A stretch of DNA of 32,000 nt. Source: Candidatus Scalindua sp. GTDB taxonomy: Bacteria; Planctomycetota; Brocadiia; Brocadiales; Scalinduaceae. Positions 1 to 10,472 of this stretch are shown here, piece after piece. Each line of letters opens with the position of its first letter. The first letter of the stretch is position 1. The DNA is taken from NCBI GenBank assembly GCA_031316235.1, contig JALDRA010000001.1, positions 1,080,001 through 1,112,000 of the forward strand. Reading direction: 5' to 3'. The notes under the pieces are model-generated. The model saw nothing but the letters and a program-made list of their open reading frames with translations, ran no database searches and was not told the DNA's origin. Made by a program: the position numbers and the translations under genes.

Positions 1-60
1 GAAGCTACAAAAGAAAAAATTTTTTTCCATAATTTTCAACACCTGTTGCATAAAACCACA

Positions 61-1632
61 CTAGTGTTTAAAGTGTCGCTCTCCAGCAAAAACCATGGCT
101 ATACCATGTTCATCTGCAGCCATAATTACCTCATCATCTTTTTTAGATCCTCCAGGTTGAATTATGGCAACAACGCCATTCCTGGCCGCAATGTCAACAC
201 TGTCTCGAAAAGGAAAAAATGCGTCTGAAGCTAAAACCGCTCCAGATGGCAGTACCCCAGCCTTTTGAATTGCGATATTGGTAGAATCAACCCGGCTCAT
301 CTGTCCAGCACCAACTCCAACGACCATCTTATGGTGCGAAATAACTATGGCGTTTGACTTGACATGCTTGCACACCTTCCATGCAAATAACAGCTCCTCT
401 ATTTCATCTTCAGACGGGGTCTTTTTTGTTACCACTTTAAGCTTGTCCTTTTGACCTGAAAGATCATCTTTGCCCTGAACCAACAAACCGCCGGTAACAC
501 CTCTTAAAACCTTTGATCCCATTTCAGGTTTTAGATTGCGTAATGAACCGAGTTTTAGCAATCGAAGATCCTGACCCCACTTTCGTTTTTTCGTTAAAAT
601 CTCCAACGCCTTATCATCAAATCCCGGCGCCGCAATCGCCTCTACAAAATGACCCGGTTCTGTAATGGCCTCAGCAGTCTTCTCGTCTATCACCCTGTTA
701 ATACCCACAATACATCCGAAGGCTGATACGGGATCAGATTGATACGCCCTGGAAAAGGCCTCAGTAAGGGTATCAGCAGATGCAACACCGCAGGGGTTTG
801 TATGTTTAATTAAAACAGCTGATGGTTGTTCAAATTCCTTGACAATCTCTATCGCAACATCAATATCTATGATGTTATTAAAAGAGAGCTCCTTACCATG
901 CAACTGTTCAGCATTTGAAACACACGGTTCTTCAAAATTTTTATGCACATAAAACGCTGAAGATTGGTGAGGATTCTCTCCATATCGTAATTCCTGTTTT
1001 TTATCCAATTCAAGGCTGTATATTTCCGGATATTCAGCCTCCTTATCCATTGCAAAATAATTGGCAATTACTCTATCGTAATGACTCGTTTGATTAAATG
1101 CCTCCAATACCAGTTGTTGTCGGGTTTCAAGAGTAAGATCACCATTGTTCTCATTAAGTTCTCGTAATAATGATTCATAACGTCCCGGGTTAACGACTAC
1201 TGCAACATGCTTGAAATTTTTCGCAGCAGAACGAATCATCGATGGTCCTCCGATATCAATATTTTCGATCGCTTCTTCCTGGGTAACATTCTCCGCTTTA
1301 ACCGTCTTCTCAAAAGGATACAGATTAACCACTACAAGGTCGATAGTCCCGATACCCAGATTTTCTATCTGGCACATATGGTCTTTGTTATCCCTTACAG
1401 CCAAGAGTCCCCCATGAATCTTAGGGTGCAACGTTTTTACTCTCCCCCCCATTATTTCAGGAAAACCCGTATACTCAGATACCTCTATTACATCAATACC
1501 GTTTTCTCTTAATAATTTTGCCGTACCGCCGGTAGAAAGAATCTCAATATTGCGGTTTTTTAACCCCTTTGCCAGATTTACTATCCCTGACTTGTCTGAT
1601 ACGCTTATCAAGGCCCTCTTTATCTTATCCAT
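61..1632 (-). CDS. purH: bifunctional AICAR formyltransferase / IMP cyclohydrolase
   Basis: Full-length ORF with the typical PurH N-terminus (RALISVSDKSG...ILSTGGTAKLL) and C-terminus (...AGERHFKH). The ORF-track start at 1638 is TTG. The ATG at 1632 lies 7 nt after an AAGGGG RBS. Confidence 0.95.
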   Translation of the reverse strand: MDKIKRALISVSDKSGIVNLAKGLKNRNIEILSTGGTAKLLRENGIDVIEVSEYTGFPEIMGGRVKTLHPKIHGGLLAVRDNKDHMCQIENLGIGTIDLVVVNLYPFEKTVKAENVTQEEAIENIDIGGPSMIRSAAKNFKHVAVVVNPGRYESLLRELNENNGDLTLETRQQLVLEAFNQTSHYDRVIANYFAMDKEAEYPEIYSLELDKKQELRYGENPHQSSAFYVHKNFEEPCVSNAEQLHGKELSFNNIIDIDVAIEIVKEFEQPSAVLIKHTNPCGVASADTLTEAFSRAYQSDPVSAFGCIVGINRVIDEKTAEAITEPGHFVEAIAAPGFDDKALEILTKKRKWGQDLRLLKLGSLRNLKPEMGSKVLRGVTGGLLVQGKDDLSGQKDKLKVVTKKTPSEDEIEELLFAWKVCKHVKSNAIVISHHKMVVGVGAGQMSRVDSTNIAIQKAGVLPSGAVLASDAFFPFRDSVDIAARNGVVAIIQPGGSKKDDEVIMAADEHGIAMVFAGERHFKH

Positions 1633-1928
1633 AACCAATCCCCTTTACTCAGCTCTCGCCTGTACGATTCTTAACAGTTGGAGACATAATCACCTGCATA
1701 CTGTTGCATACTGTCCTCACGGTCCGTTCTAACCTACAGACCCCACGATACAAACCTCGAAAATAAAATCATTTACATGAATTCACAATGCTATCAAATC
1801 AATGTCTTTATGTCAAAAAAATAAACACAATAATTTGCTTGCTGGACATTTATGGGTTTGCTATCATTAAAATTTAAAGCGCTCGTACTATGAGCAAGTT
1901 TACGTAATGTCAAACCTGCAGAGGAGAT

Positions 1929-4688
1929 ATGATTATGATGAGTAAGTATGTATTCTTTTTTGGTGATGGGCATGCTGAAGGTGATGCATCGATGAAGGTC
2001 CTGCTTGGTGGTAAAGGAGCCAATCTGGCTGAAATGACAAATCTCGCAATTCCTGTGCCTCCCGGTTTCACAATTACAACAGAAGCTTGTAAAGCGTACT
2101 ACAATAATAATAAATCCTTTCCTGCCGGTCTTCAAAATGAAATCAATACAAATCTCTCCTCTTTAGAACGTTTAATGGGAGCCAAATTAGGTGATCCGGA
2201 TAGTCCCTTACTGGTATCTGTCCGAAGCGGTGCCGCCGCTTCAATGCCGGGAATGATGGATACAGTTTTAAACTTAGGGTTAAACCCTGAGTGTGTGGAA
2301 AGCCTTATAAAAAAAACCAATAATGAAAGATTCGCATGGGATGCTTACCGGCGTTTTATCTCTATGTTTGGTAATGTTGTTATGGGCATGAAACATCACG
2401 ACTTTGAAGAGGTGCTTGACAGATACAAGAAAAAATTACACGTGAAAAATGACACAGAACTTGACACAGTTCAGCTGAAAAATATCTGTGAGGATTATCT
2501 GGCTGTTTACAAAAAAAGAACAAAAACAGCATTTCCCCTAGATCCACAGGAGCAATTGCGCAAATCGATTATCGCAGTTTTTGAATCCTGGAATAATCCG
2601 AGAGCGATTAAATATAGAGAAATTTATGACATCGGGGGGTTAAACGGTACCGCGGTAAACATACAGGCTATGGTCTTTGGAAACAGGGGTAACGATTCAG
2701 CAACAGGAGTCTGTTTTACCAGGAACCCTTCAACTGGGGAAAACAAATTCTATGGCGAATATTTACTTAATGCACAGGGAGAAGACGTGGTAGCTGGGAT
2801 ACGCACTCCTGAACCAATAAAAAATCTGCAAAAAACAATGCCTAAAGCCTATAAAGAGTTGATAACCATAAAAAATCATCTGGAAAAACACTACAAAGAT
2901 CTTCAGGACATGGAATTTACGATCCAGGACAAAAAGTTATTCATGCTTCAGACAAGAAATGGGAAACGAACCGCACATGCCGCTGTAAAGATTGCAGTTG
3001 ATATGGTCAAGGAGAAACTCATTGATAAAAAAACAGCCATTAATCGAGTCGTTCCCGACCAGCTGGACCAGCTTCTCCATCCTGCATTTGACCCGAAAGC
3101 CAAAAAGGTTGTAATCGCTCATGGTCTTCCCGCTTCACCAGGTGGCGCAACGGGTAGAGTAGTATTTAATGCAGAGGATGCCGAAAAGTATGCGGCCAGG
3201 AATGAGCCGGTAATCCTCGTAAGAATTGAAACTTCTCCTGAAGATATTGGCGGCATGCATGTCTCAAAAGGAATCCTTACCTCTCGGGGAGGTATGACAT
3301 CACACGCAGCAGTAGTAGCAAGAGGAATGGGAATTTGCTGTGTAGCCGGATGCGGCAACATCCAGATTGACTACAAAAAAGAAGAGTTTGTCGTAGACGG
3401 TAAAACGGTTAAGAAAGGTGACTATATCTCTCTTGATGGTTCCCTTGGTGAGGTTGCTTTAGGAAAAATAGCCACCGTTGAGCCGACGCTGAGTGGCAGT
3501 TTTAACACTCTCATGAAATGGGCAGATGAATTCCGCAAGCTTAAGATCAGAACAAACGCTGATACACCGGAAGATGCTGAAAGAGCAAGAAATTTTGGTG
3601 CTGAGGGTATCGGGCTCTGCAGGACGGAACATATGTTTTTTGATGAAGACCGAATAGACTATGTACGGCGAATGATACTTGTCGCTGGAGATGTGACCAA
3701 TCTCAAAACAGCGGTTGACGAAATGAAAGCCGAGATAGAAAAAATACCAGGCAAAATACCTGTTGCATTAGAGAGTAAATTGAAGAAGGCAATAAAGAGC
3801 CACCATGAAGCACATTCTCTCTTTACAAACGCATTAAAAAATCTGCTTCCCATGCAAAGGGGTGACTTCGAAAAGATCTTCACCGTTATGAAGGGTCTTC
3901 CCGTAACTATAAGGCTTCTTGATCCACCCTTGCACGAGTTCTTACCGAAAGAGGATTCTCTGCAAAGGAAAATTGCAAAAAAAACAGGAATAAGTCTTTC
4001 TGCAGTCAAAGAGAAGATCAACAATCTTCAGGAAGTTAATCCGATGCTGGGATTGAGAGGTTGCCGTCTTGGCATCATTTACCCGGATATCTACAAAATG
4101 CAGGTGCAGGCAATAATCGAAGCAGCCCTTAATACAAAGCAGAAGGGTATAAAAGTTATGCCTGAAATAATGATTCCCCTTATTGGAACAGTTGGAGAGA
4201 TGGAGATCCTGAAAAATGATGTCCTGGAGGTGGCAAATACCATATTGAGGAAGAGGGGAATCAAGCTGAATTACAAAATCGGTACAATGATAGAAATCCC
4301 GAGAGCAGCCTTAACGGCCGACCAGATTGCCACACATGCAGAGTTTTTCTCTTTCGGAACAAACGATTTGACGCAAATGGCATATGGATTCAGCAGGGAC
4401 GATGTTGGCTCATTCATCCCGCAGTTTATAAAACTTGGTATTTTGAAAAAAGATCCTTTTCAGGTCCTCGACCAATCAGGAATAGGACAGTTGGTGCAGA
4501 TCGGCATTGAAAAAGGAAGACAGACAAGACCGGATCTCAAGATCGGCATATGTGGAGAACACGGCGGAGAACCATCATCAATCGAATTTTGTCATAACAA
4601 CAAGATGGACTACGTAAGCTGTTCCCCCTTCAGGGTGCCTATTGCACGTCTCGCAGCAGCTCAAGCGGCATTAAAGGAAGAGAAATAG
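1929..4688 (+). CDS. ppdK: pyruvate, phosphate dikinase
   Basis: 919-aa ORF with the PPDK N-terminus (KYVFFFGDG...GGKGANLAEM), the phosphohistidine swivel motif (GGMTSHAAVVARG) and the PEP-utilising C-terminal TIM-barrel motifs (GLCRTEHMF, FFSFGTNDLTQ). A GAGGAG RBS at 1921-1926 makes the ATG at 1935 or 1938 the likelier true start. Confidence 0.95.
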   Translation: MIMMSKYVFFFGDGHAEGDASMKVLLGGKGANLAEMTNLAIPVPPGFTITTEACKAYYNNNKSFPAGLQNEINTNLSSLERLMGAKLGDPDSPLLVSVRSGAAASMPGMMDTVLNLGLNPECVESLIKKTNNERFAWDAYRRFISMFGNVVMGMKHHDFEEVLDRYKKKLHVKNDTELDTVQLKNICEDYLAVYKKRTKTAFPLDPQEQLRKSIIAVFESWNNPRAIKYREIYDIGGLNGTAVNIQAMVFGNRGNDSATGVCFTRNPSTGENKFYGEYLLNAQGEDVVAGIRTPEPIKNLQKTMPKAYKELITIKNHLEKHYKDLQDMEFTIQDKKLFMLQTRNGKRTAHAAVKIAVDMVKEKLIDKKTAINRVVPDQLDQLLHPAFDPKAKKVVIAHGLPASPGGATGRVVFNAEDAEKYAARNEPVILVRIETSPEDIGGMHVSKGILTSRGGMTSHAAVVARGMGICCVAGCGNIQIDYKKEEFVVDGKTVKKGDYISLDGSLGEVALGKIATVEPTLSGSFNTLMKWADEFRKLKIRTNADTPEDAERARNFGAEGIGLCRTEHMFFDEDRIDYVRRMILVAGDVTNLKTAVDEMKAEIEKIPGKIPVALESKLKKAIKSHHEAHSLFTNALKNLLPMQRGDFEKIFTVMKGLPVTIRLLDPPLHEFLPKEDSLQRKIAKKTGISLSAVKEKINNLQEVNPMLGLRGCRLGIIYPDIYKMQVQAIIEAALNTKQKGIKVMPEIMIPLIGTVGEMEILKNDVLEVANTILRKRGIKLNYKIGTMIEIPRAALTADQIATHAEFFSFGTNDLTQMAYGFSRDDVGSFIPQFIKLGILKKDPFQVLDQSGIGQLVQIGIEKGRQTRPDLKIGICGEHGGEPSSIEFCHNNKMDYVSCSPFRVPIARLAAAQAALKEEK

Positions 4689-7028
4689 ATGGAAAATCTG
4701 CCATCAGAAAAAATTAAGAATTTCCTGATATTGACAAAAGACGTTTATGTCGCTAAACCGTTAAGGTATATAATTAATTTTTTTTCCTGGTACTTTTACC
4801 AAAAAGAAACCCTTGAGGGCAAATTAAAACAAAAGGATACTCAGATTGACAATTTAAAAACACAATTAAATGTGGTCAATCATATGTATGAAGAGGGGAG
4901 AAATCTTTTAAAAGAACAAAAGAAGGACCTGGAGGAAATGCTCAAGATAGAGCGGAAAGGTGCCAATATCCCCTCCAGAATAGAGCTGGAAGTGGAAAAA
5001 ATCAAGGTCTCACAAAGGTCTAGAGTTAAGATCAACAAGCTAAAGGCCAAAATAGAGAGATTGACCAATGCAGGCATCCCTACGACACCTGAAGGGTATT
5101 ATGAACTTGGCCTCATAGCATACTGCAATGAAAAATATGAGGAAGCAATAAAACAGTGGGAAACCGTTCTCAAACTGGACAAAAACAGCCTGGATACCTG
5201 CCACAACCTTGGAATTGTGTATTATAAGGTTGGCCTGTATGATGAAACCATTTCTCTGCTCAGCAAAGTAATAAAGATTCACCCGAAAGATTCATCCGCA
5301 CATTATTGTCTCGGCCTTGCTCAATCAGAGAAAGAAAATTTTGATGCTGCAATTTCTGCCTTAAAGAAAGCCTCTCTTTACGACCCGGATAACGAACAGA
5401 TCCTTTATAACCTTGGCCTGTCTTACGAAAAAAATGGAGAAGTGAACGAAGCGGTTGAAGCTTACAATTCAGTCCTTGAATTAAATCCAAAACATACAGA
5501 TGCCGCATACCATGCTGGTGTCATTTACCGGGAAAAAGGAGCTTTTGATATGGCAATTTCCCAGCTTCATACGGTCCTGAAAATGTCCCCAAACAGCATA
5601 GGTGCTTACTATAATCTCGGTTCCAGCTACAAAGAGAAAAACATGATATCCGCTGCAAAAACACAGTTTGAGCTTGCCCTGAAAATCAACCCTGCACATG
5701 TAGCGTCCCTCTACAACCTTGCTCTTATCGCTAAAGAAGAAAATAATCATGAAGACGCTGTTTCTCATTTAAGAAAAATCTGCACGATAGATGCTAAGCA
5801 CCCGGGTTCACATTATCTTCTGGGACTCATATGGTATAAAGAAGCAAAATACGCAGATGCCGTTTCCGAATTTAAAACAGCACTGGATATTGATGAAGGC
5901 AATGCCGATGTTCACTACCATCTTGGCCGTACTTACCTGAAGAAAAAGATGCCTGATGAAGCAATCTCTTCTTTTAAAAAGGCAATACGGTTTGATAAGT
6001 CACACGTAAATGCATTATTAGAATTGGGGATTTCTTATAATAATCTCCAGATACACGAAAAGGCCATTACTTTGTTCGAAAAGGTTTTAAGACTGGAGCC
6101 AAACAGTGCGCCATGTCATTACAACCTGGGAATTGCATACAAAGCCAGGACCAAGTTGTACGAATCCAGCTCATCATATAAGAAGGCTCTTGAAATCAAC
6201 CCTGATTATGCCGAGGCGTGGAATGGTATTGGAACAGTCTACAAGGAAACAGGGAAAACAGATGAAGCTATTTCTGCTCACAGCCGGGCTTTGGAAATCA
6301 ACCCCTCTTATTCAGAAGCGCATAATAATCTTGGCATCATATATGACGATATGGGGAGACTGGAAGACGCCATCTCTCATTATAATAAGGCTCTTCAGAT
6401 CAGCCCGGATTTTGCCGAAGTATACAACAATCTTGGTGTATCCTATTCCAAACAAGGCGAAGAAGATAAAGCTGTTCGACACTATAAAGCCGCCCTTGAC
6501 TTAAACCCGAACTATGCAGAGGCATTCAACAATTTAGGTGCGGTTTATATCAGCAAAGACATGGTTAATGAAGCTGTCGAACAGTACAAAATGGCCATTG
6601 AGATCAACCCACAATATGCTGAAGCACACAATAATCTTGGAATTGCCTACACAAAGAAAGCGAAGTTTACCCAGGCAATTTCACACTATAAGGAAGCAAT
6701 AAAAATAAATCCCGGATACGTAGCAGCTTATTACAACATCGGTATGACGTATACAAAAAAGAGAATGTACGACCTTGCCATAGATTCACTGAAAAAGACT
6801 ATTGATCTAAATCCTAATGACGAATCTGCCCATTATAATTTAGGAATCGTCTATAGCAAGAAGCGGATGTATGATGATGCTATTCTCGAATTCCAGAAAG
6901 TAATAGACGCTAATCCTAACTTACCAAGCGTCCACTATAATCTAGGAGTAGCGTATCGTGAAAAAGGCATGTTGCTTCAGGCAAGGAGAGAAGTATACTT
7001 ATACAAAAAATTAAACAGCCGAAGATAA
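4689..7028 (+). CDS. TPR-repeat protein with N-terminal coiled-coil/hydrophobic segment
   Basis: 779-aa ORF whose ATG immediately follows the ppdK stop, so the two are probably co-transcribed. It carries about 18 tandem 34-aa TPR units (recurrent A..Y/H.NLG..Y......A...Y..AL.I.P motif). Confidence 0.85.
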   Translation: MENLPSEKIKNFLILTKDVYVAKPLRYIINFFSWYFYQKETLEGKLKQKDTQIDNLKTQLNVVNHMYEEGRNLLKEQKKDLEEMLKIERKGANIPSRIELEVEKIKVSQRSRVKINKLKAKIERLTNAGIPTTPEGYYELGLIAYCNEKYEEAIKQWETVLKLDKNSLDTCHNLGIVYYKVGLYDETISLLSKVIKIHPKDSSAHYCLGLAQSEKENFDAAISALKKASLYDPDNEQILYNLGLSYEKNGEVNEAVEAYNSVLELNPKHTDAAYHAGVIYREKGAFDMAISQLHTVLKMSPNSIGAYYNLGSSYKEKNMISAAKTQFELALKINPAHVASLYNLALIAKEENNHEDAVSHLRKICTIDAKHPGSHYLLGLIWYKEAKYADAVSEFKTALDIDEGNADVHYHLGRTYLKKKMPDEAISSFKKAIRFDKSHVNALLELGISYNNLQIHEKAITLFEKVLRLEPNSAPCHYNLGIAYKARTKLYESSSSYKKALEINPDYAEAWNGIGTVYKETGKTDEAISAHSRALEINPSYSEAHNNLGIIYDDMGRLEDAISHYNKALQISPDFAEVYNNLGVSYSKQGEEDKAVRHYKAALDLNPNYAEAFNNLGAVYISKDMVNEAVEQYKMAIEINPQYAEAHNNLGIAYTKKAKFTQAISHYKEAIKINPGYVAAYYNIGMTYTKKRMYDLAIDSLKKTIDLNPNDESAHYNLGIVYSKKRMYDDAILEFQKVIDANPNLPSVHYNLGVAYREKGMLLQARREVYLYKKLNSRR

Positions 7029-7099
7029 TGGTGAGAAGAACATTGAGGTATCCCGGGTCCAGCAAAAAAGAACGTGGCATTATGCGGGATGTCAGGCTA

Positions 7100-7500
7100 G
7101 GGCTTGTTTAATCTAACCGAACTGAACCGTAAGCGGAGACTGGGCTATACAGTCTGAGCCTCTGGACTATCGTCCGTGCTATTCAAGTGCGGGCAGCGCC
7201 GCGATAACCGGTGAATATGATGCCCGTCCGGATAATACCTTCTGCCCGCAAAAATTACCTGGCCGTGTCCGTACCCAGCCAGAATGCTTTTCGGACTGGC
7301 GAACGGATTCATCCGGGCAGGCACAAACCGGGACGGGTGAGAGAACAACCTTCCGGCGGGAGGAGGAGGGAAGTCTATCCAGTTATGGTTACTTGAACCA
7401 CCCAGGCATTGGTGACCCAACCTGGCAGATCCGGAATCAAAGAAGTGGATAAATATCCGATATATCCTGTCTCGCCCAGGTTTAAGGCTTTCAGCGATTG
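7100..7500. other. GC-rich (about 56%) non-coding island between convergent genes; candidate structured RNA of unknown class
   Basis: No credible ORF; the 122-aa and 61-aa track ORFs are low-complexity. GC is about 50-62% per 60 nt against roughly 40% in the flanks. Local stems include 7137-7142/7150-7155 and a 9-bp stem at 7188-7196/7242-7250. Confidence 0.3.
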
Positions 7501-7691
7501 CATAGAAGAACAACTTGTGATAAACCTTTCTGATTCCGGTTCAATAAGCTTGTTACGAAAAATACCCTTTTATAATTAAAGGGAAGTTTATTGTTCTCAT
7601 CACGTTTTATAAAAATCCCTATTCATTATGGAGAAAAACGGTCGTGCACTCATTGTAAGCACATCAAGACTGTAACAGTTCATCGAAATCG

Positions 7692-8087
7692 TTACTTAGC
7701 ACCTTTCTCTCTGTAATTTTTAATCGCAGCCTCAATAGCTTCCTGAGCCAAAACGGAACAGTGCATCTTATTTGCTGGCAAACCATCTAAAGCTTCTGCA
7801 ACAGCCTCGTTTGTAATCTGCAAAGCCTCTTCCATTGTCTTCTCCTTTATCATCTCAGTTGCCATACTGCTCGTCGCAATAGCCGCGCCACAACCAAAAG
7901 TCTTAAATTTAGCATCTGTAATTTTATCATCTGCTACTTTGATGTAGAGCCTCATCACATCACCACAAGCCGGATTACCTACCGTCCCGACAGCATCGGC
8001 ATCCGTTATTTCACCCATGTTCCGGGGGTTCATAAAATGATCCATCACTTTTTCACTATAAGGACCAGCCATCTCTTCGTTTGCCAT
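7692..8087 (-). CDS. iscU: IscU/NifU-like Fe-S cluster scaffold protein
   Basis: Three scaffold cysteines sit in the expected contexts (GNPACGDVM, FKTFGCGAAIATSS, MHCSVLA). The track start at 8105 is TTG. The ATG at 8087 lies 8 nt after an AAGGGAG RBS. Confidence 0.85.
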   Translation of the reverse strand: MANEEMAGPYSEKVMDHFMNPRNMGEITDADAVGTVGNPACGDVMRLYIKVADDKITDAKFKTFGCGAAIATSSMATEMIKEKTMEEALQITNEAVAEALDGLPANKMHCSVLAQEAIEAAIKNYREKGAK

Positions 8088-8222
8088 AAACATAACTCCC
8101 TTCAATCAACAAAACCACATATCAAAAATTTATACCGCTCACACTCGAACATCGGATTACCATAAAAGACTGCCTATGGTCTCACCATTTTTCTTTCGGC
8201 CTTCCGTCAGCAGTGAGTAACC

Positions 8223-9017
8223 CTAATCCAGAAAGTTACACACAGCTCTTTCTCTTTGTTTAAAGGTAACGTAACTCTCATAACCACATTGCCTTGCAAG
8301 AAACACGGCCTTGTCAAAATCTTTACCGACTTCCTCAGGCATATGCGCATCAGAACCAAAAACAATCGGTATATTGTACTTTTGGTAAACGATGAGAATT
8401 TCTTCAGATGGATACATCTCTCCCACCGGTTTTCTTAAACCAGATGTGTTGATCTCTACTGCTACATCATGCTTTGCAAAGACCTGCGCAGTCTCATTCA
8501 ACTCATGTGAGAGATCAGCTTTGGAACGGTTACCAAACTTTTTAACAAGGTCACTATGCCCTATGATATCAAAAAGCCCGGAACGGGCAGATTTCCGAAG
8601 CAAATCAAAATAGTTCGCATAAACAGACTCCGCTTCAGTATTGTTCCAGCGATCTCTTTCGTCCGGATGGTCAAATGCCCAGTTTCCAATATAATGAACA
8701 GACCCTATCACATAATCAAACTTATATCTCGCCAGGATCTCCCTCAAATAGGGCTCGTTACCGGGAATATAGTCTGCCTCTATCCCTAATTTAATACGAA
8801 TATCAGGAAAAACACTGCGGAGCCGCTCAACCTCTCCCACATACACGGGCAGCTCTTCCATTTTCATTGTGAGGTTATTCTCTTTACCACCTTTCATTGG
8901 CAAATGGTCGCTAAAGCCTAGCTCATCGAGCCCACACCGCAAAGCCTCTTTGACGTAATCGTCCATTTTGCCCGTAGCGTGTCCGCATAAACTTGTGTGT
9001 GTATGATAGTCGATCAT
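8223..9017 (-). CDS. PHP-family histidinol-phosphatase-like hydrolase (HisJ/HisK type)
   Basis: N-terminal MIDYHTHT..CGHA metal-binding motif and later PHP histidines/aspartates (FSDH, GSVH, IGHSD, GSDAH). Length is 264 aa. Confidence 0.8.
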   Translation of the reverse strand: MIDYHTHTSLCGHATGKMDDYVKEALRCGLDELGFSDHLPMKGGKENNLTMKMEELPVYVGEVERLRSVFPDIRIKLGIEADYIPGNEPYLREILARYKFDYVIGSVHYIGNWAFDHPDERDRWNNTEAESVYANYFDLLRKSARSGLFDIIGHSDLVKKFGNRSKADLSHELNETAQVFAKHDVAVEINTSGLRKPVGEMYPSEEILIVYQKYNIPIVFGSDAHMPEEVGKDFDKAVFLARQCGYESYVTFKQRERAVCNFLD

Positions 9018-9142
9018 AAAATCCAGCTGAAATCAGAATAATCATAGAAGTGAGAATCAACAAGAGTCACATTTCTTACAGTATCCGGTGGCACTGAAAC
9101 CGGTGTATCGATAACCTATTCTCTTTTTCTGCCAGCCCTGTT

Positions 9143-9289
9143 GGCTCAGACAAAAATAACCTGTACTCCGATCCTCCTTCATTGTCTGAATCCTCAGCGC
9201 AACTCAAAATGTGCCTGCAGTCCGGATTCATCTTGTCAACCGAAACCGAACACGACAAAACAGCAAGTTATTTTCCCCTGAACCCTGAG
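9143..9289. repeat. degenerate copy of the GGTTCAGGnAAAATAACTTG inverted-repeat element
   Basis: The arms at 9143-9163 and 9264-9289 are imperfect inverted repeats (16/21). The 9264-9289 arm closely matches the arms of the element at 26271-26460. Confidence 0.6.
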
Positions 9290-9295
9290 CTCTCT

Positions 9296-9757
9296 TTAAA
9301 ACTCCTTGTAGATCACATCATCATACTCCGTTTCAATCCTCACCTTGTGGCTTAATTCTTCCGCAGCCAGCGCTTCAAAAAGGTTCTTTACATCGATACT
9401 GGTAACAACCTTTGACATGTCGTTATAAAAGTTATAGGCAGACTCCTCCCTCTTCATTGCATGAATCATTACATCCTGAACGGTAGAATCCTGAGTAATC
9501 TCTTTATCCATGAGATACTGGCTCAGGTTGAAATCGTGTTGCGGGTGATGCACCGTATGATGTTCATCAGCGATTTCATCTAAATTAAAATTTTCAAGCC
9601 TGATTTTATGCTTCCATTCAATATCCGCAAATTCCTTGAGCAGAACCTTCGCTGCAGGGTCTTTTACCACATCTACAGCATGCAAATAAAATTCGTACGC
9701 ATCCGTTTCATTTCGAATTGCTGTATCTATGATATCTTTCAATGTGTTAGTTGCCAT
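9296..9757 (-). CDS. rubrerythrin/ferritin-like di-iron protein
   Basis: Two E..H-type helices (NETDAYEFY..., AAEELSHKVRIE) are typical of the ferritin-like/rubrerythrin domain. The ATG at 9757 follows an AGGGGGAAA RBS; the track start at 9778 is TTG. Confidence 0.7.
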   Translation of the reverse strand: MATNTLKDIIDTAIRNETDAYEFYLHAVDVVKDPAAKVLLKEFADIEWKHKIRLENFNLDEIADEHHTVHHPQHDFNLSQYLMDKEITQDSTVQDVMIHAMKREESAYNFYNDMSKVVTSIDVKNLFEALAAEELSHKVRIETEYDDVIYKEF

Positions 9758-9781
9758 ATCCACTTTCCCCCTTTTCAATAG

Positions 9782-10312
9782 TTAATTGACAAATAGGCCC
9801 TGGATAAAATCTTTGTCAGGCGGAGCATTATCTTTGTAGATTATAATGCCTCTCTTATCCAGAACAATATTGAGAGGTATCGCAGTAACCTTAAAGATTT
9901 TTGCCACATCCGCCATTTCATCGAGGATCACATTATAGTTTATCTCTCTCTCTTTTACAAACGATTTCACCTTCGATCTGCTTTCTCCAATATCAATAAC
10001 TACTATACCAAGGCCCTCATCCCTGAACTCATTGTAAAAGTTTTTGATAAGCGGGATCTCATGTCTGCAGGCTTGACACCATGTTGCGCTGAAGACCAAT
10101 AATACATTCTTATCTTTACTGAAAGCTTCCAGCTCGAATTCGCTTCCGTCGACATTCGGCAAGGTAAAATTCGGGGCTTTCTGGCCTACATTTATCCCTG
10201 TTTCTGTTCCAGCGCATACGATATATTCCCCATGGCAAAGATTGAAAAGGTTTATTGTTACAATACACAGCGACACAACATAAAGCTTCCGCATGGCTAT
10301 TCTGGTTTCCAT
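9782..10312 (-). CDS. TlpA/ResA-like periplasmic thiol:disulfide oxidoreductase (thioredoxin fold)
   Basis: N-terminal hydrophobic signal/anchor, a WCQAC active-site CxxC, and a flanking AhpC/TSA-like pattern (APNFTLPNVDG...LLVFSATWC). Confidence 0.8.
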   Translation of the reverse strand: METRIAMRKLYVVSLCIVTINLFNLCHGEYIVCAGTETGINVGQKAPNFTLPNVDGSEFELEAFSKDKNVLLVFSATWCQACRHEIPLIKNFYNEFRDEGLGIVVIDIGESRSKVKSFVKEREINYNVILDEMADVAKIFKVTAIPLNIVLDKRGIIIYKDNAPPDKDFIQGLFVN

Positions 10313-10384
10313 CCTCTTTCCTTAAAAAAATCCCTGAACCCAACGACCTATTTCCCGAATACACACTCCCACGTGTGCAGGTTT

Positions 10385-10413
10385 ATTATGGCAACAATCA
10401 GATTTGTCTTCAA
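10385..10413 (-). promoter_or_regulatory. sigma70-like promoter for the tlpA-like/rubrerythrin-like genes
   Basis: The minus strand reads TTGAAG, a 17-nt spacer, then CATAAT, about 70 nt upstream of the ATG at 10312. The spacer contains the palindrome AATCTGATT. Confidence 0.35.
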
Positions 10414-10419
10414 CCTAAT

Positions 10420-10458
10420 AAAAAAGGGCAACAATGTGTAAACTGTTGCCCTTTTTTT
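10420..10458 (-). terminator. rho-independent (bidirectional) terminator downstream of cooS
   Basis: 9-bp stem AGGGCAACA (10425-10433) / TGTTGCCCT (10444-10452). It is flanked by an A-run (10420-10425) and a T-run (10452-10458), starting 15 nt past the cooS stop. Confidence 0.75.
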
Positions 10459-10472
10459 CTCTACTCAGCTAT

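Noticed and set aside
7100-7500. RNase P RNA (rnpB) or tmRNA in the GC-rich island
   Set aside because: The 3' part on the minus strand (CCGCTTACGGTTCAGTT) loosely resembles the RNase P P4/P1 3' strand, and the plus strand has GGAGGAGGGAAGTCTATCC. Neither strand has the universally conserved GAGGAAAGUCC, GGUGAAA, GGAGCAAGG or ACAGAAcCCGGC blocks. No tRNA-like T-arm/CCA end or tag ORF for tmRNA is present either.
7145-7513. 122-aa minus-strand ORF and 61-aa plus-strand ORF (7211-7396)
   Set aside because: Both are low-complexity, proline/arginine/glycine-rich translations typical of reading through GC-rich non-coding sequence. Neither has an RBS or a recognisable domain.
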